In this document: piece by piece, positions 10,692 to 21,500 of the stretch
Position numbering within the stretch: position 1 is the stretch's first letter
Layout: each line of letters begins with the position of its first letter
From: Planctomycetota bacterium
Lineage (GTDB): Bacteria > Planctomycetota > UBA1135 > UBA2386
Reading direction: 5' to 3'
Assembly (NCBI GenBank): GCA_046290465.1
Contig: JBKAGP010000001.1
Coordinates: forward strand, 4,736,001 to 4,800,000
DNA: 64,000 nt
Made by a program: the position numbers and the translations under genes
The notes under the pieces: generated by a model
What the model saw: the letters and a program-made list of their open reading frames with translations, nothing else
The model's database searches: none
Told to the model about the DNA's origin: nothing

Positions 10692-11650
10692 GGCGCGCTC
10701 CAGCTGCGCTCGGGCAGCGTGATCGCGTCGCGGCTGCGCGGCGGCGGGGCCGCCGCGGCGGCCAGTGGGGTCGCCTCGGCCAGCCAGCGCAGCGCGGCTT
10801 CGGTGCCGCCGCGTTCGGGGTCGACCAGCAGCTCCGCGTCCTGGCTGCGCAGGCGCACCGGGGCGCCGTGCCGCGCCGCCAGCACCAGCGTGGTCGCGTG
10901 CGACAGCGCGCGTTCGAACGTCGCCTCGTCGCAGCGTCGATCGAGCACGACGTCGACCAACGGCCGGCTGTCGCGTTCGCGCTCCTTGATCACCGCCGTG
11001 CCGCGGCGCGCCGTCGCCTTCCAGTGCACGTCGGCGAGCGCGTCGCCGGTGCGGAACGGACGCAGGCCGGCGAGGCCGGTGCCGCGACCGGGACTCTGGG
11101 CGCCGTCGTCGCCCTCGCCGTTGCCGCGGCCGGTGCCGCTGCCGGGGATCGCGAGCGGCTCGGGGTGGGTGACCAGCTCGCATGCCAGGGGCGTGCGGCA
11201 CGTCGTCACGAAGAAGCCGAACGGGAACTTCGACGTCACCAACGCCTGCTCGAGGCGGCGCACGCCGCGCGGCTGGGGCGCCAGCTGGCCGCGCAGTTCG
11301 GCGTCGCCGACGAGCACCGGGGCGTAGGCGATCTCGGCCCGTTCGCGCGCGAGCGGCAGTTCGATCGCGACGTCGAAACGCGGCCGGCGTCCGCCGTGCA
11401 CGCGCACGGAGACGTCGCGCTGGCCGCCCTCGGCGGCGAGGCCGACGTCGACGGCCGTGACCTGCACGCCGCGCAGGTTGCGCCACGACCACCACGCGCC
11501 GAGCAGCCCGAGCACCGCGCTGAACGCCAGCAGCAGGAAGAACAGGTTGCTGTAGTTGGTCGCCAGGAACGCCAGCTCCAGCGCCGCGAACAGCAGCAGC
11601 CCCTTGGAGCCGAGCGCGCTCGGCCGGATCGCTACGCGCGGTGCGGGCAT
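10688..11650 (-). CDS. DUF58 domain protein
   Basis: ATNYSNLFFLL, SKFPFGFF, GLRPFRTGDALADVHWKATARRG; lies between MoxR and transglutaminase genes. Confidence 0.88.
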   Translation of the reverse strand: MPAPRVAIRPSALGSKGLLLFAALELAFLATNYSNLFFLLLAFSAVLGLLGAWWSWRNLRGVQVTAVDVGLAAEGGQRDVSVRVHGGRRPRFDVAIELPLARERAEIAYAPVLVGDAELRGQLAPQPRGVRRLEQALVTSKFPFGFFVTTCRTPLACELVTHPEPLAIPGSGTGRGNGEGDDGAQSPGRGTGLAGLRPFRTGDALADVHWKATARRGTAVIKERERDSRPLVDVVLDRRCDEATFERALSHATTLVLAARHGAPVRLRSQDAELLVDPERGGTEAALRWLAEATPLAAAAAPPPRSRDAITLPERSWSAP

Positions 11651-11655
11651 CGGGC

Positions 11656-12594
11656 CTAGAGCGGCACCGGCACGTTGGCGAGCACGTCGCGCAGCATCGG
11701 TGCGGCGTCGTCTCCCTGGTGCAGGAACAGGCGGTGCGCGAGCGTCGGCACCGCGAGCGCCTTGAGGTCGTCGGGCAGCACGTAGTCGCGTTCGTCGAGC
11801 AGCGCGCGCGCCTTGGCGGCCTTGATCCAGGCGAGCGCGGCGCGAGGGCTGGCGCCGAGCTGCACGTCCGGATGGCCGCGGGTCGCCTGCACGACGCGCA
11901 GCGCATACTCGGCGACCGGGGTCTGCACCTGGACGCGTTCGCAGCGCAGCTGCAGGTCGCGCAGCTGCTCGGGGTTCATCACCGGTTCGACCTCGCGCAG
12001 CCGCGCCTCGGCGTCGCTGCCGGTGTAGAGCTCGAGCTCGAACTCCGGCGTCGGATAGCCGAGCTCGACGCGGACCAGGAAGCGATCGAGCGCGGCCTCC
12101 GGCACCGGAAACGTGCCGTGGAACTCGATCGGGTTGCGTGTCGCCAGCACCGTGAACGGCTCGCCGAGCCGCTCGGTGCGGCCGTCGATCGACACGTGGC
12201 CGTTCTCCATCGCCTCGAGCAGGCACGACAGCGTGCGCGGGCTGGTGCGGTTGATCTCGTCGGCGAGCACCAGGTTGGCGAACAGCGGGCCGGGCACGAA
12301 CGTGAAGGTGCCCGAGTCCTGCTGCCAGACCGAGGTGCCGATCACGTCGCTCGGCATCAGGTCGTTGGTGAACTGCACGCGGCGGAAGCTGCCGTCGATG
12401 CAGGCCGCCAGCGTGCGGGCCAGCAGCGTCTTGCCGATGCCCGGGATGCCCTCGACCAGCACATGGCCGCCGGCGACCAGCGCGCACAGCAGTGGCTCGA
12501 TCGCAGGATCCGGCAGCTTGACCACGTGGGTCAGGTTGCGAACCAGAAGATCGCGCGCAGAACGCGCGCCCGTCGTTGCAGTGGTGGCCGGCAC
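11656..12594 (-). CDS. MoxR-family AAA+ ATPase
   Basis: GHVLVEGIPGIGKT, RVQFTNDLMPSD, VLADEINRTSPRT, ATRNPIEFHGTFPVPEAALDRF; GTG start at 12594 chosen from a GGAG upstream (start uncertain). Confidence 0.92.
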   Translation of the reverse strand: MPATTATTGARSARDLLVRNLTHVVKLPDPAIEPLLCALVAGGHVLVEGIPGIGKTLLARTLAACIDGSFRRVQFTNDLMPSDVIGTSVWQQDSGTFTFVPGPLFANLVLADEINRTSPRTLSCLLEAMENGHVSIDGRTERLGEPFTVLATRNPIEFHGTFPVPEAALDRFLVRVELGYPTPEFELELYTGSDAEARLREVEPVMNPEQLRDLQLRCERVQVQTPVAEYALRVVQATRGHPDVQLGASPRAALAWIKAAKARALLDERDYVLPDDLKALAVPTLAHRLFLHQGDDAAPMLRDVLANVPVPL

Positions 12595-12695
12595 AGGTGC
12601 TCCCGTGACGGTTTTCGGCCAGCTGCGACGGCGCGGTGAGCGGCGGGTCCGCAGCCGCCATGCCATCGGTCTCAGGTCGGGCCTTTCGGGTCCGG

Positions 12696-13217
12696 TCAGC
12701 CCTGGCTCGGTGGGCGGATCAGCTGGCGGAAGCGTTCGTCGGTGCGCAGGCCGTCGAGATCCGGCTCGTCGAGCGCGTAGGAGCGGTTGTCCGGGTTGAG
12801 GCCGCAGGCGAGGCTCAGCGCGTCGATCGCGCGGTCGGTCTGCTGCGCCAGCGCCAGGTAGCACGCGAGGTTGAAGTGCGCGACGTCGTGGCGGTGGTTG
12901 CGTTCGATCAGCTGCTCCGCGCAGCGGATCGCGCCGTCGAGATCGTCGTTGCGGCGCCGGCACCACGCTTCGGTCAGGTCGACCCAGTCGTCGTCGGGGT
13001 GCATGCTGCGCAATTCCTGCAGGTCGCGCAGGGCGTCGCCGAACGCGCCGAGGCGAGCGTGGGCGCGGACCCGCAGCGACAGGCCGCAGGCGCGCGCGGC
13101 CGGGTCCCCGAGCAGCGGGCCGACGAGCTCGAGCGCGCGTTCGGGGCAGCGCAGCTCGAGCCAGCCGTCGACCTGGTCGACGAGTCGCTCGAGCGACTTG
13201 GGCACCGGATAGATCAT
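12696..13217 (-). CDS. TPR repeat protein
   Basis: AHFNLACYLALAQQTDRAIDALSLA...DEPDLDGLR terminal TPR motif; start overlaps the hydrolase stop. Confidence 0.8.
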   Translation of the reverse strand: MIYPVPKSLERLVDQVDGWLELRCPERALELVGPLLGDPAARACGLSLRVRAHARLGAFGDALRDLQELRSMHPDDDWVDLTEAWCRRRNDDLDGAIRCAEQLIERNHRHDVAHFNLACYLALAQQTDRAIDALSLACGLNPDNRSYALDEPDLDGLRTDERFRQLIRPPSQG

Positions 13218-13924
13218 GCGTCCTCGGGCATCGGTAGGCGGTCGAAGCGCTGCCAGATCTCGGTTGCGACGGTGTTGAGCCGGTGGTCGCCGCCGTCGAC
13301 CAGCCACAGCTGCTTGTGGCGGCTCTGCATCGACGCGAAGAACCACTCGCTGACCTGCTGCGGGATGATGTCGTCGGCGGTGCCGTGCACGACCAGCGTC
13401 GGCGACGTCACGCGCCGAGGCAGGCCGCGCTCGTCGAGCCGTTCGGCGTCGTCGCGAACGCCGGGCTCGACGAAGAACGACGGGCCCTCGGCGGTGTGCA
13501 GGAAGCCCTCTTTGTCGATATGGTCGCGGATGCGCGGCATCAGGCCGAACGCGGGCGCGAGCAGCGCCAGCCGCCGCACCAGGTCGGGGCGTTCGCCGGC
13601 GGCGTGCGCCGCGACCAGGCCGCCGAGGCTCGAGCCGATCACGTAGGCCGGGCCGGTGCGTTCGAGGATCCGGATCGCGTCGGCGATCAGCGCGCTGACG
13701 GCGACGCGGCCGATCTCGCCGGACGACTCGCCGTGGCCGCGCATGTCGAACCGCAGGAAGCCGTGGTCGCGCGCGATCGCGTGTTCGAGCAGCGACGCGC
13801 TCTTCTCGCCGACGCGCACCGAGCCGAGCCCGTGCAGGAACACGTAGCAGGGGCCGTCACCGGCGCGTTCGTCGCCGACCACGAAGTGGCCTCCCTCCAG
13901 CTCGATGCGGAACGGCGTCGTCAC
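13214..13924 (-). CDS. Alpha/beta fold hydrolase
   Basis: FLHGLGS, RFDMRGHGES, GSSLGG nucleophile elbow, HGTADD, GGDHRL; start uncertain. Confidence 0.88.
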   Translation of the reverse strand: MTTPFRIELEGGHFVVGDERAGDGPCYVFLHGLGSVRVGEKSASLLEHAIARDHGFLRFDMRGHGESSGEIGRVAVSALIADAIRILERTGPAYVIGSSLGGLVAAHAAGERPDLVRRLALLAPAFGLMPRIRDHIDKEGFLHTAEGPSFFVEPGVRDDAERLDERGLPRRVTSPTLVVHGTADDIIPQQVSEWFFASMQSRHKQLWLVDGGDHRLNTVATEIWQRFDRLPMPEDA

Positions 13925-14051
13925 GGACGTGCGGTCTCCCCGGGAACCGGGAGGTCGAGTGGGCGCGCGGGAGACAGTGGCGCGGGAGAAAACGGGGCGC
14001 GCCAAAACCGGGCGCGCCAAAAAGGGGGCAGGAGAAGGGAATGCGAGCGGA

Positions 14052-16250
14052 TCAGACGATCCGCTCGATCGCCTCGATCTTGACCTTGATCGGGCCCGAC
14101 GGCGATGGCATCTCGCCGACCTCGCCGAGCTCCTTGCCGAGCAGGCCCTTGGCCAGCGGGGCGCGGTAGTTGATCGTCTGCTCGTCGGTGGAGTCCCACG
14201 GGCCGAGCAGGCGGTATTCCAGCTTCTTGCCGGTGCCTTCCTCGCTCAGCGTGATCTTCTGACCCGGCGCGACCGTGCCCTCGGGGATCTCCTGGTCCTC
14301 GATCAGCTTGGCGCTGCTGATCTCGCCGTCCATCTCCTGCGCGCGACCCGTCAGGTTGCGCTGCTCCTCCATCGCGGACTCCCACTCGGAGTTCTCGGAG
14401 AGGTCGCCGAGCGACGCGGCGGCGCCGATGGCCTGGGCGTTCTCGGGGATCTTCACGTCGACGAGGACGCGGTACTCCTCCTTGATCTTCTTCAGGCCGT
14501 CCTGCGTCGTGAAGATGTACTCGTCGCGATCCCACCACGGGACGTCCGGTTCGGCCAGGATGTCCGGGTAGAGGCGGGCGACGGTGCGGTCGAGGTAGGC
14601 CTCGAGCTCGGTCGGGAAGTCGTCGCCGGCGCGGGCGACGATGCCGACGTACTGCGCGAGGTCCTCACGCGAGATGCCCTCACAGGCCTTGTCGAGCAGG
14701 CCGCGCTTGCCGGTCAGCAGGCTGAGCAGGCGGTTGAGCAGGCGGCCGTGCAGCGCGTTGGACTTGCGGTCCTCGTTGAGCACGCGGCCGAGGTGCAGCA
14801 GCACGCGCACCATGGTGACCGCGTCGGGGCACTTGTCCTGGCCGTCGAAGACGCCGTCGCTGTAGTACTTGCCGAGCAGGTACGTCATCAGCGGGTGGCG
14901 CTTGGGGTACGGCGCGACGCGGTTCCACAGCGACAGGATCTCGGGGCCGTGCTTGGTCTCGACCAGCTTGTCGGCGACCTTCTCGACGACCGTCGCCGGC
15001 CAGTCGGTCAGCGTCGACACGCACTGTTCGGCCCAGTCGCCGCCGAGCGCCTGCGGCAGCAGGCTGACGGCGTGCTCGCGCGAGGCCTGCGTCGCGAGCA
15101 GGTCGATGCGCGTCGGCTCGAGCTTGCCGCCTTCTTCGAGCAGCAGTTCGCGCAGCTCTTCGGCCGCGCTGACCGACGCCGTGCGGCCGTGCTCCTCGAG
15201 GAACAGGATGCCGTCGAGGATGTGCGCGTGGCTGGCGCCGGCTTCGGGGTTGTTCTTCTTCTCCTCGAGCGCCTGCTCCAGCGTGGTGCTGGCGAGTTCG
15301 AGGATCTGCGTGCGCACCTCTTCGTCCTCGGAGCGCTTGAGGTACTCGCGCAGCACGACGACGCGTTCGCCGAGGTCGTTCTGGTGCTTGAGCGTCATGC
15401 TCGCCTCGTCGACGAGGCTGACCGGCTTCTTGCGCAGCACGAACACCGGACGCGTCGGGGTGCCCTCGACCTTGAGCCACGGGTCCTTGGTCGCGGCCGT
15501 CTTGGCCTTCTTCCACCACGAGGCCCACTTCTTGGTCTCGATGACCGAGCCGGCGAGCTCCTTCTTGACCTGCGTGCTGGTGATCGTGCCGCGGTAGAGG
15601 CTCGCGGCGCGACGGATCAGCGCGGCGGGCGTGTTGGCCGCCTCGTCCTGCAGCTTCTCCATGCGCAGCAGCTTCATCGCGCGCAGGTCGTCGTTGTCGA
15701 GCGGCTTGAAGCTGTCGAGCAGCGTGTCCAGCGGGAACGGCGAACGCCGTCCGGTGCTGAAGTTCACGGTGATCTCCTGCGTCGCCGCGTCGAAGCCTTC
15801 GACGATGCCTTCGCCCCAGCCGGCGGCGTGGTAGACGACATGGCCTTCGGTGTAGCGGCGCAGCTGGTCGAACTCGAGCACCGCACCGACGGTCGCCGTG
15901 CTGAGGCTCGAGCGCTGCTTGAGCACCGGCAGCCAGGCGGCGTCGCCGTAGTGGTCGTCGATCAGGTCGATCAGCTTGTTGACCAGCTCGTCGTTGTGGG
16001 CGCTGCTCTGCATGGCGCGGAAGCCGAGCTCCATCGCCGAGCGCTTGTCGCCCTTGCCGACCAGGCTGTCGACCATCGCGGAGGCCATGCCGATCGCCTT
16101 GCTGGCCATGTCCTGTTCACACAGGACATCGAGCGTATCGGCGTATTGGGGGACGTGATCGGCGTCGGGCGCGCCGACCGCCTGGCTCCAGGCGGCCTCG
16201 AGCTCGTCGAGATTCTGGGAGCGGGCGAGATGGACCAGTTCGTGCGTCAA
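14052..16250 (-). CDS. greA: Long-form GreA transcription elongation factor (about 570-aa N-terminal extension)
   Basis: C-terminal IGAAASLGDLSENSEWESA, LLGPWDS, INYRAPLAKGLLGK; TTG start at 16250 is inferred. Confidence 0.85.
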   Translation of the reverse strand: MTHELVHLARSQNLDELEAAWSQAVGAPDADHVPQYADTLDVLCEQDMASKAIGMASAMVDSLVGKGDKRSAMELGFRAMQSSAHNDELVNKLIDLIDDHYGDAAWLPVLKQRSSLSTATVGAVLEFDQLRRYTEGHVVYHAAGWGEGIVEGFDAATQEITVNFSTGRRSPFPLDTLLDSFKPLDNDDLRAMKLLRMEKLQDEAANTPAALIRRAASLYRGTITSTQVKKELAGSVIETKKWASWWKKAKTAATKDPWLKVEGTPTRPVFVLRKKPVSLVDEASMTLKHQNDLGERVVVLREYLKRSEDEEVRTQILELASTTLEQALEEKKNNPEAGASHAHILDGILFLEEHGRTASVSAAEELRELLLEEGGKLEPTRIDLLATQASREHAVSLLPQALGGDWAEQCVSTLTDWPATVVEKVADKLVETKHGPEILSLWNRVAPYPKRHPLMTYLLGKYYSDGVFDGQDKCPDAVTMVRVLLHLGRVLNEDRKSNALHGRLLNRLLSLLTGKRGLLDKACEGISREDLAQYVGIVARAGDDFPTELEAYLDRTVARLYPDILAEPDVPWWDRDEYIFTTQDGLKKIKEEYRVLVDVKIPENAQAIGAAASLGDLSENSEWESAMEEQRNLTGRAQEMDGEISSAKLIEDQEIPEGTVAPGQKITLSEEGTGKKLEYRLLGPWDSTDEQTINYRAPLAKGLLGKELGEVGEMPSPSGPIKVKIEAIERIV

Positions 16251-16367
16251 CTTCGGACCCGTAGGGTGGCGTAAGCAGCGGAAATCGGGGGGGGGACGAT
16301 ACCTGTTCGTCGCCGCGGTCGCCACCGTGCAGTGTGCGAACGGGGCCAAACTGGCCGCGCCGTTTGC

Positions 16368-16414
16368 ATCTGCCCCGCGAATCTGCCCCGCGAGCCCGCC
16401 AATCTGCCCCGCGA
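16368..16414. repeat. Three identical 13-bp direct repeats ATCTGCCCCGCGA
   Basis: Copies at 16368, 16381 and 16402 in the intergenic region upstream of greA. Confidence 0.85.
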
Positions 16415-16449
16415 GATCAGGGCGGGGGGCCCGGAACCGGGCCGCGCGC

Positions 16450-17130
16450 CTACTCGGCGAGGCGCGCGATCAGCGTGTGCACGCTGCTCGACGAGCAGGA
16501 CTCGTCGTAGGCCGACAGCGGGATCTCGTCGAGCGAGTCCTCGTCGGCGACCAGGATCACGTAGAACTCCTGTCCGTACTGGGCGCGGAACGCCTGGATC
16601 TTGGTGAGGATCGGGGCCTTCGGGTCCTCGACGGCCTCGATCACGACGCCCTTGCCCTCGCGGCCGCGGCCGCGCAGCACGATCATCGGCGCGTAGGCGG
16701 CGACCTTGTTATCGTCGAAGCGGATCTCGTAGTGGCGCGGGCTGTGGCTGTGCACGACGCCGGCGATGCCGAGGCGGTTGCAGAGCTGCTGCTCCAGGCG
16801 GTTGGACAGCAGACGGCCACCGCAGCGACCGAAGCCGCCGCCACCGCCGCCGTGCGCCATCAGCGGATTGTCGTCATCGACGCTGGCAACCGCGCGCGGC
16901 AGGAAGACCGAACGTTCTTGAGCAGGCTTGCGCACGGACTTACGCGCGGCCGGCGGCGTTGCGACGGCGGCCGAGGCCTTCTTCGCGGCCTTCTTCGGGG
17001 GGGCCTTCCGGGTCGCCTTCTTGGCGGTCGTCTTGCTGGCGGCCTTGCTCTTCGTCGCGGCAGCCTTGCTCGTCTTGGCCTTTTTGGCGGCCTTCTTCTT
17101 GGGAGAGGCGGTGGTGGTCTTCGCTGCCAT
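16450..17130 (-). CDS. Lys/Ala-rich histone-H1-like N-terminus fused to a degenerate PD-(D/E)XK-like domain
   Basis: MAAKTTTASPKKKAAKKAKTSK...; C-terminal SNRLEQQLCNRL...YAPMIVL...VVIEAV...KIQAFRAQY. Confidence 0.7.
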   Translation of the reverse strand: MAAKTTTASPKKKAAKKAKTSKAAATKSKAASKTTAKKATRKAPPKKAAKKASAAVATPPAARKSVRKPAQERSVFLPRAVASVDDDNPLMAHGGGGGGFGRCGGRLLSNRLEQQLCNRLGIAGVVHSHSPRHYEIRFDDNKVAAYAPMIVLRGRGREGKGVVIEAVEDPKAPILTKIQAFRAQYGQEFYVILVADEDSLDEIPLSAYDESCSSSSVHTLIARLAE

Positions 17131-17337
17131 GGGCGCTTGGTGGCAACCGGCTCGCCGGTCTCCCTGACGTCTTGCGTTCGAACGCAATACTGGCATCTGC
17201 GTCGGGGAGGTCGGCCCTCTATGGGCAGGCGGCTCGGTTGCCGAATTCGAAGCGGAGATCCTAGCAGATTTCAGCGGTCTCGTAACCCCCGCAGGCTCGC
17301 CTTGGAGGCGCCCGTACGGTAGCCCAGGGGGCCCAAC

Positions 17338-17841
17338 ATGGCCGATCCCGCCCGCGAACGACTGCTGCCTCCAGCCTTGTTGCTGTTCCTGCTTGGGGTT
17401 GCGCTCGTGTTGGGGTGGTCGGTGGCGACCCGGCACCCGAGCCCGGATCTGGACGGCTGCATCGAACTGCTCGGCGACGGCGACCTCGACCGGGACGAAC
17501 GCGAGCGCATGCTGCTGCGGACCATCGATCTGGCCCTGCAGGACGAGACCGCGCGCGGCCGCATGGCGGGTCGCCTCGCGGCCCTGGCGCTGCAGGAGCG
17601 CGTGCCGTTCGCCAGGCTGGCGTCGGCGGTGGACGGGCTCGAGCTGTCCCCCGAACAGCGGCGCTGGCTCGACCTCGGCGATCCGCTGCTCGCGAACGTA
17701 CTCGAGGCCCGGCTGCTCGAGGGCGCCGGCGACCAGGCACGCGCCCGCACCAAATGGGCGCAGGTGGCGGCGCAGGCCCGCATGGTCGGCAACGGGCTGG
17801 CGACCGAGCAGGCCGCCGCGGCGGTCGAACGCCTGCGCTGA
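17338..17841 (+). CDS. Hypothetical protein with N-terminal TM segment
   Basis: 167-aa ORF with coding-like codon bias and hydrophobic N-terminus. Confidence 0.6.
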   Translation: MADPARERLLPPALLLFLLGVALVLGWSVATRHPSPDLDGCIELLGDGDLDRDERERMLLRTIDLALQDETARGRMAGRLAALALQERVPFARLASAVDGLELSPEQRRWLDLGDPLLANVLEARLLEGAGDQARARTKWAQVAAQARMVGNGLATEQAAAAVERLR

Positions 17842-17913
17842 CGCCCGCCCTGGTCGGGCCGTCTCAAGCCCAACCGCCGATGCGACCGATCAACCGGACG
17901 CGGAGGCAAAGGT

Positions 17914-19271
<1,358 letters not shown>

Positions 19272-19272
<1 letters not shown>

Positions 19273-20339
19273 TGGACTCCAAGCGATTGGACTCGCTGCT
19301 CGCGTCGACGACGCGTCTCGGCGCCTCGGCGCTCCACCTGATCCCCGGCCGCGCGCCGGCGCTGCGCGTGCAGCGTCGCTTCGTCGAAGGCGACGAGACC
19401 GTGGTGCAGCCCGAGGACATCGAAGAACTGACGCGCGACATGATGTTCTCGGACCACCGGGAGCAGCTGTCGCGGTTCGGCTTCGTCGAGGTGCTCTACG
19501 TCTCCCGCGGCGGCGACCGCTACCGCGCGACCATCGCGCAGGCGCACGGCCTGCGCACGCTGGTGATGCGCCCGGTGCCGGCCGAGTCGCCGCAGCTCGA
19601 GCAGCTCGAACTGCCCGAGCAGATCGCCGGCTTCGCGCGGTGCCGTCAGGGCTTCGTCGCCGTCGCCGGCTTCTTCGGCAGCGGCAAGAGCACGACGCTG
19701 GCGGCGATCGTCGACGCGTGCAACGAGGACGCCTCGCGGCACATCGTGTCGATCGAGGACTCGATCGAGGTCGTGCACGACAACGGCGCGGCGCTGCTGC
19801 ACCAACGTGAGGTCGGCACGCACGTCGCGTCGGCGGCGGAAGGCGTGCGGCAGGCGGTGGCCTCGGGGGCCGACGTGATCGTCGTCTCCGAGGTGCACGA
19901 CGAGGCGACCCTCGACGCCGCGCTCGGCGCGGCCGAATCCGGCTGCCTGGTGTTCGTCGGCGTCGAGGCCGGTTCGATCGTCGGCGCGCTCGCCGAAATG
20001 ACTTCATTGACGGCGGTCGAGCACCGCCCGCGGCTGCGCACGCGCATCGCGCGCTCGCTGCGCGGCATCACCGCGCAGAGCCTGCTGCACCGTTCGCACA
20101 AGGGTGGCCGGGTGCCGGTCGTCGAAGTGGCGGTCGGCAGTCCCGCGGTGCGAACGGCGATTCGCGGCGGCAGGCTGCAGGACCTCGGCGGCATCATGAA
20201 GCGCTGTCGCGGCCTGGGCATGCAGACGATCGACGCCGCGCTGCGCGGTCTGCTCGGGCGCCATCTGGTGACCGAGGAAGAGGCCCTGCTGCACGCGGGC
20301 AATCGCGAGGAAGTGCTCGCGCGGCTGCCGGGCCGCTAG
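19272..20339 (+). CDS. PilT/PilU family type IV pilus ATPase
   Basis: GFFGSGKSTTLAA, HIVSIEDSIE, QREVGTH, AAESGCLVF, GRVPVVEV, GMQTID. Confidence 0.85.
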
Positions 20340-20388
20340 GCGATCGCGGGTGATCGCGCTGGCATCGATGTTTTCTGATGCCGGCCGC

Positions 20389-20415
20389 TAAAGCCCGCGC
20401 GCGTCGTTCCGACCA
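20389..20415 (+). promoter_or_regulatory. Sigma28 (FliA)-type promoter of flagellin
   Basis: TAAA-N15-TCCGACCA versus consensus TAAA-N15-GCCGATAA, 70 nt upstream of the flagellin ATG. Confidence 0.65.
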
Positions 20416-20484
20416 TCATTGTGAGCCGCTCGATCGAAGGCGGCTTCGCCTTACGGCGAATCAGGCACAGGCAAAGGAAGAGTC

Positions 20485-21315
20485 ATGGGACTGAGAGTCA
20501 ACACCAACATTGCGTCGATCAATGCCCAGCGAAACACCTCGCAGGTCACCGGTCGACTCGCGCGCAACTACCAGCGTCTGTCGACGGGTCTGCGCATCTC
20601 GACGGCCGCGGACGACGCGGCCGGCCTCGCGATCTCGGAGCGTCTGCGTTCGCAGGTCCGCTCACTGTCGCAGGCATCGCGGAACGCCAACGACGGCATC
20701 TCGCTGGTGCAGGTCGGAGAAGGTGCGCTCAACGAAGTGAGCAACATCCTCGTCCGTCTGCGCGAACTCGCGATCCAGTCGGCCAACGGTTCGTCGTCGA
20801 CGGCGGACAAGAACACGATCAAGGAAGAGTTCGACAGCCTCGTCAACGAGATCAACCGGATCGCCCAGTCGACCGAGTTCAACGGCATCAAGCTGCTGGA
20901 CGGTTCGGCGAGCTCGGTGCAGTTCCAGGTCGGCATCAACACGACGGCGGGCATCGACCAGCTCAACGTGTCGTTGACGCCGGCGCTGACCACCACGCTC
21001 GGTCTGTCGACGGTCGACGTCGGCTCGGGTGGCGACACCAGCTACGCGATCACCCAGATCGACACCGCGATCAACGACGTCTCGCAGCTGCGCGGTCGCT
21101 TCGGCTCGCTGCAGAACCGACTGCAGTCGACGATCGCCAACCTCGGCGTCGCCGCCGAATCGCTGTCGGCCGCGGAGAGCCGCATCCGCGACGTCGACGT
21201 GGCCTACGAGACCGCACAGCTGACGCGGAACAACATCCTGCAGCAGGCGTCGATCTCGATCTTGTCGCAGGCCAACTCCCAGCCGCAGGCCGCCCTGCAG
21301 CTGCTGCAGGGCTAA
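20485..21315 (+). CDS. fliC: Flagellin (short, minimal variable domain)
   Basis: MGLRVNTNIASINAQR, RLSTGLRISTAADDAAGLAISE, SRIRDVDVAYE, ILQQASISILSQANSQPQAALQLLQG. Confidence 0.97.
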   Translation: MGLRVNTNIASINAQRNTSQVTGRLARNYQRLSTGLRISTAADDAAGLAISERLRSQVRSLSQASRNANDGISLVQVGEGALNEVSNILVRLRELAIQSANGSSSTADKNTIKEEFDSLVNEINRIAQSTEFNGIKLLDGSASSVQFQVGINTTAGIDQLNVSLTPALTTTLGLSTVDVGSGGDTSYAITQIDTAINDVSQLRGRFGSLQNRLQSTIANLGVAAESLSAAESRIRDVDVAYETAQLTRNNILQQASISILSQANSQPQAALQLLQG

Positions 21316-21445
21316 GCCCGGCAGGCGGCGCCGTGATCGGCGCCGCGGCATGAACGATCAAGCCAGCACCCTTGCTGGCGCCCGCGGGCCGCAGACCCGC
21401 GGGAACAGAGCGGTTCCTTTGCCGCAGCGGGGGTCACTCCGCTTT

Positions 21446-21478
21446 GGAATCAGCCGGGTTCTCCCGGCTGATTCCTTG
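21446..21478. terminator. Hairpin between convergent fliC and lptB, probable terminator
   Basis: GGAATCAGCCGGG-ttct-CCCGGCTGATTCC perfect 13-bp stem. Confidence 0.7.
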
Positions 21479-21500
21479 TACCGAGCGCTTCTCGGACGCG

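Noticed and set aside
16368..16414. Short direct repeats here and at 51361 as CRISPR arrays
   Set aside because: Repeats are 13-15 bp with no 25-40-bp unique spacers and no cas genes
17131..17337. tRNA or other known ncRNA in the larger intergenic gaps (also 21316-21500, 50619-50783)
   Set aside because: Hairpins are present but I could not identify a cloverleaf, T-loop or CCA pattern
20464..20500. GCACAGGCAAA before fliC resembles the start of a c-di-GMP-I riboswitch
   Set aside because: No GAAA-capped P2 stem or GCAAAG/P3 follows; the sequence runs straight into the RBS and ATG
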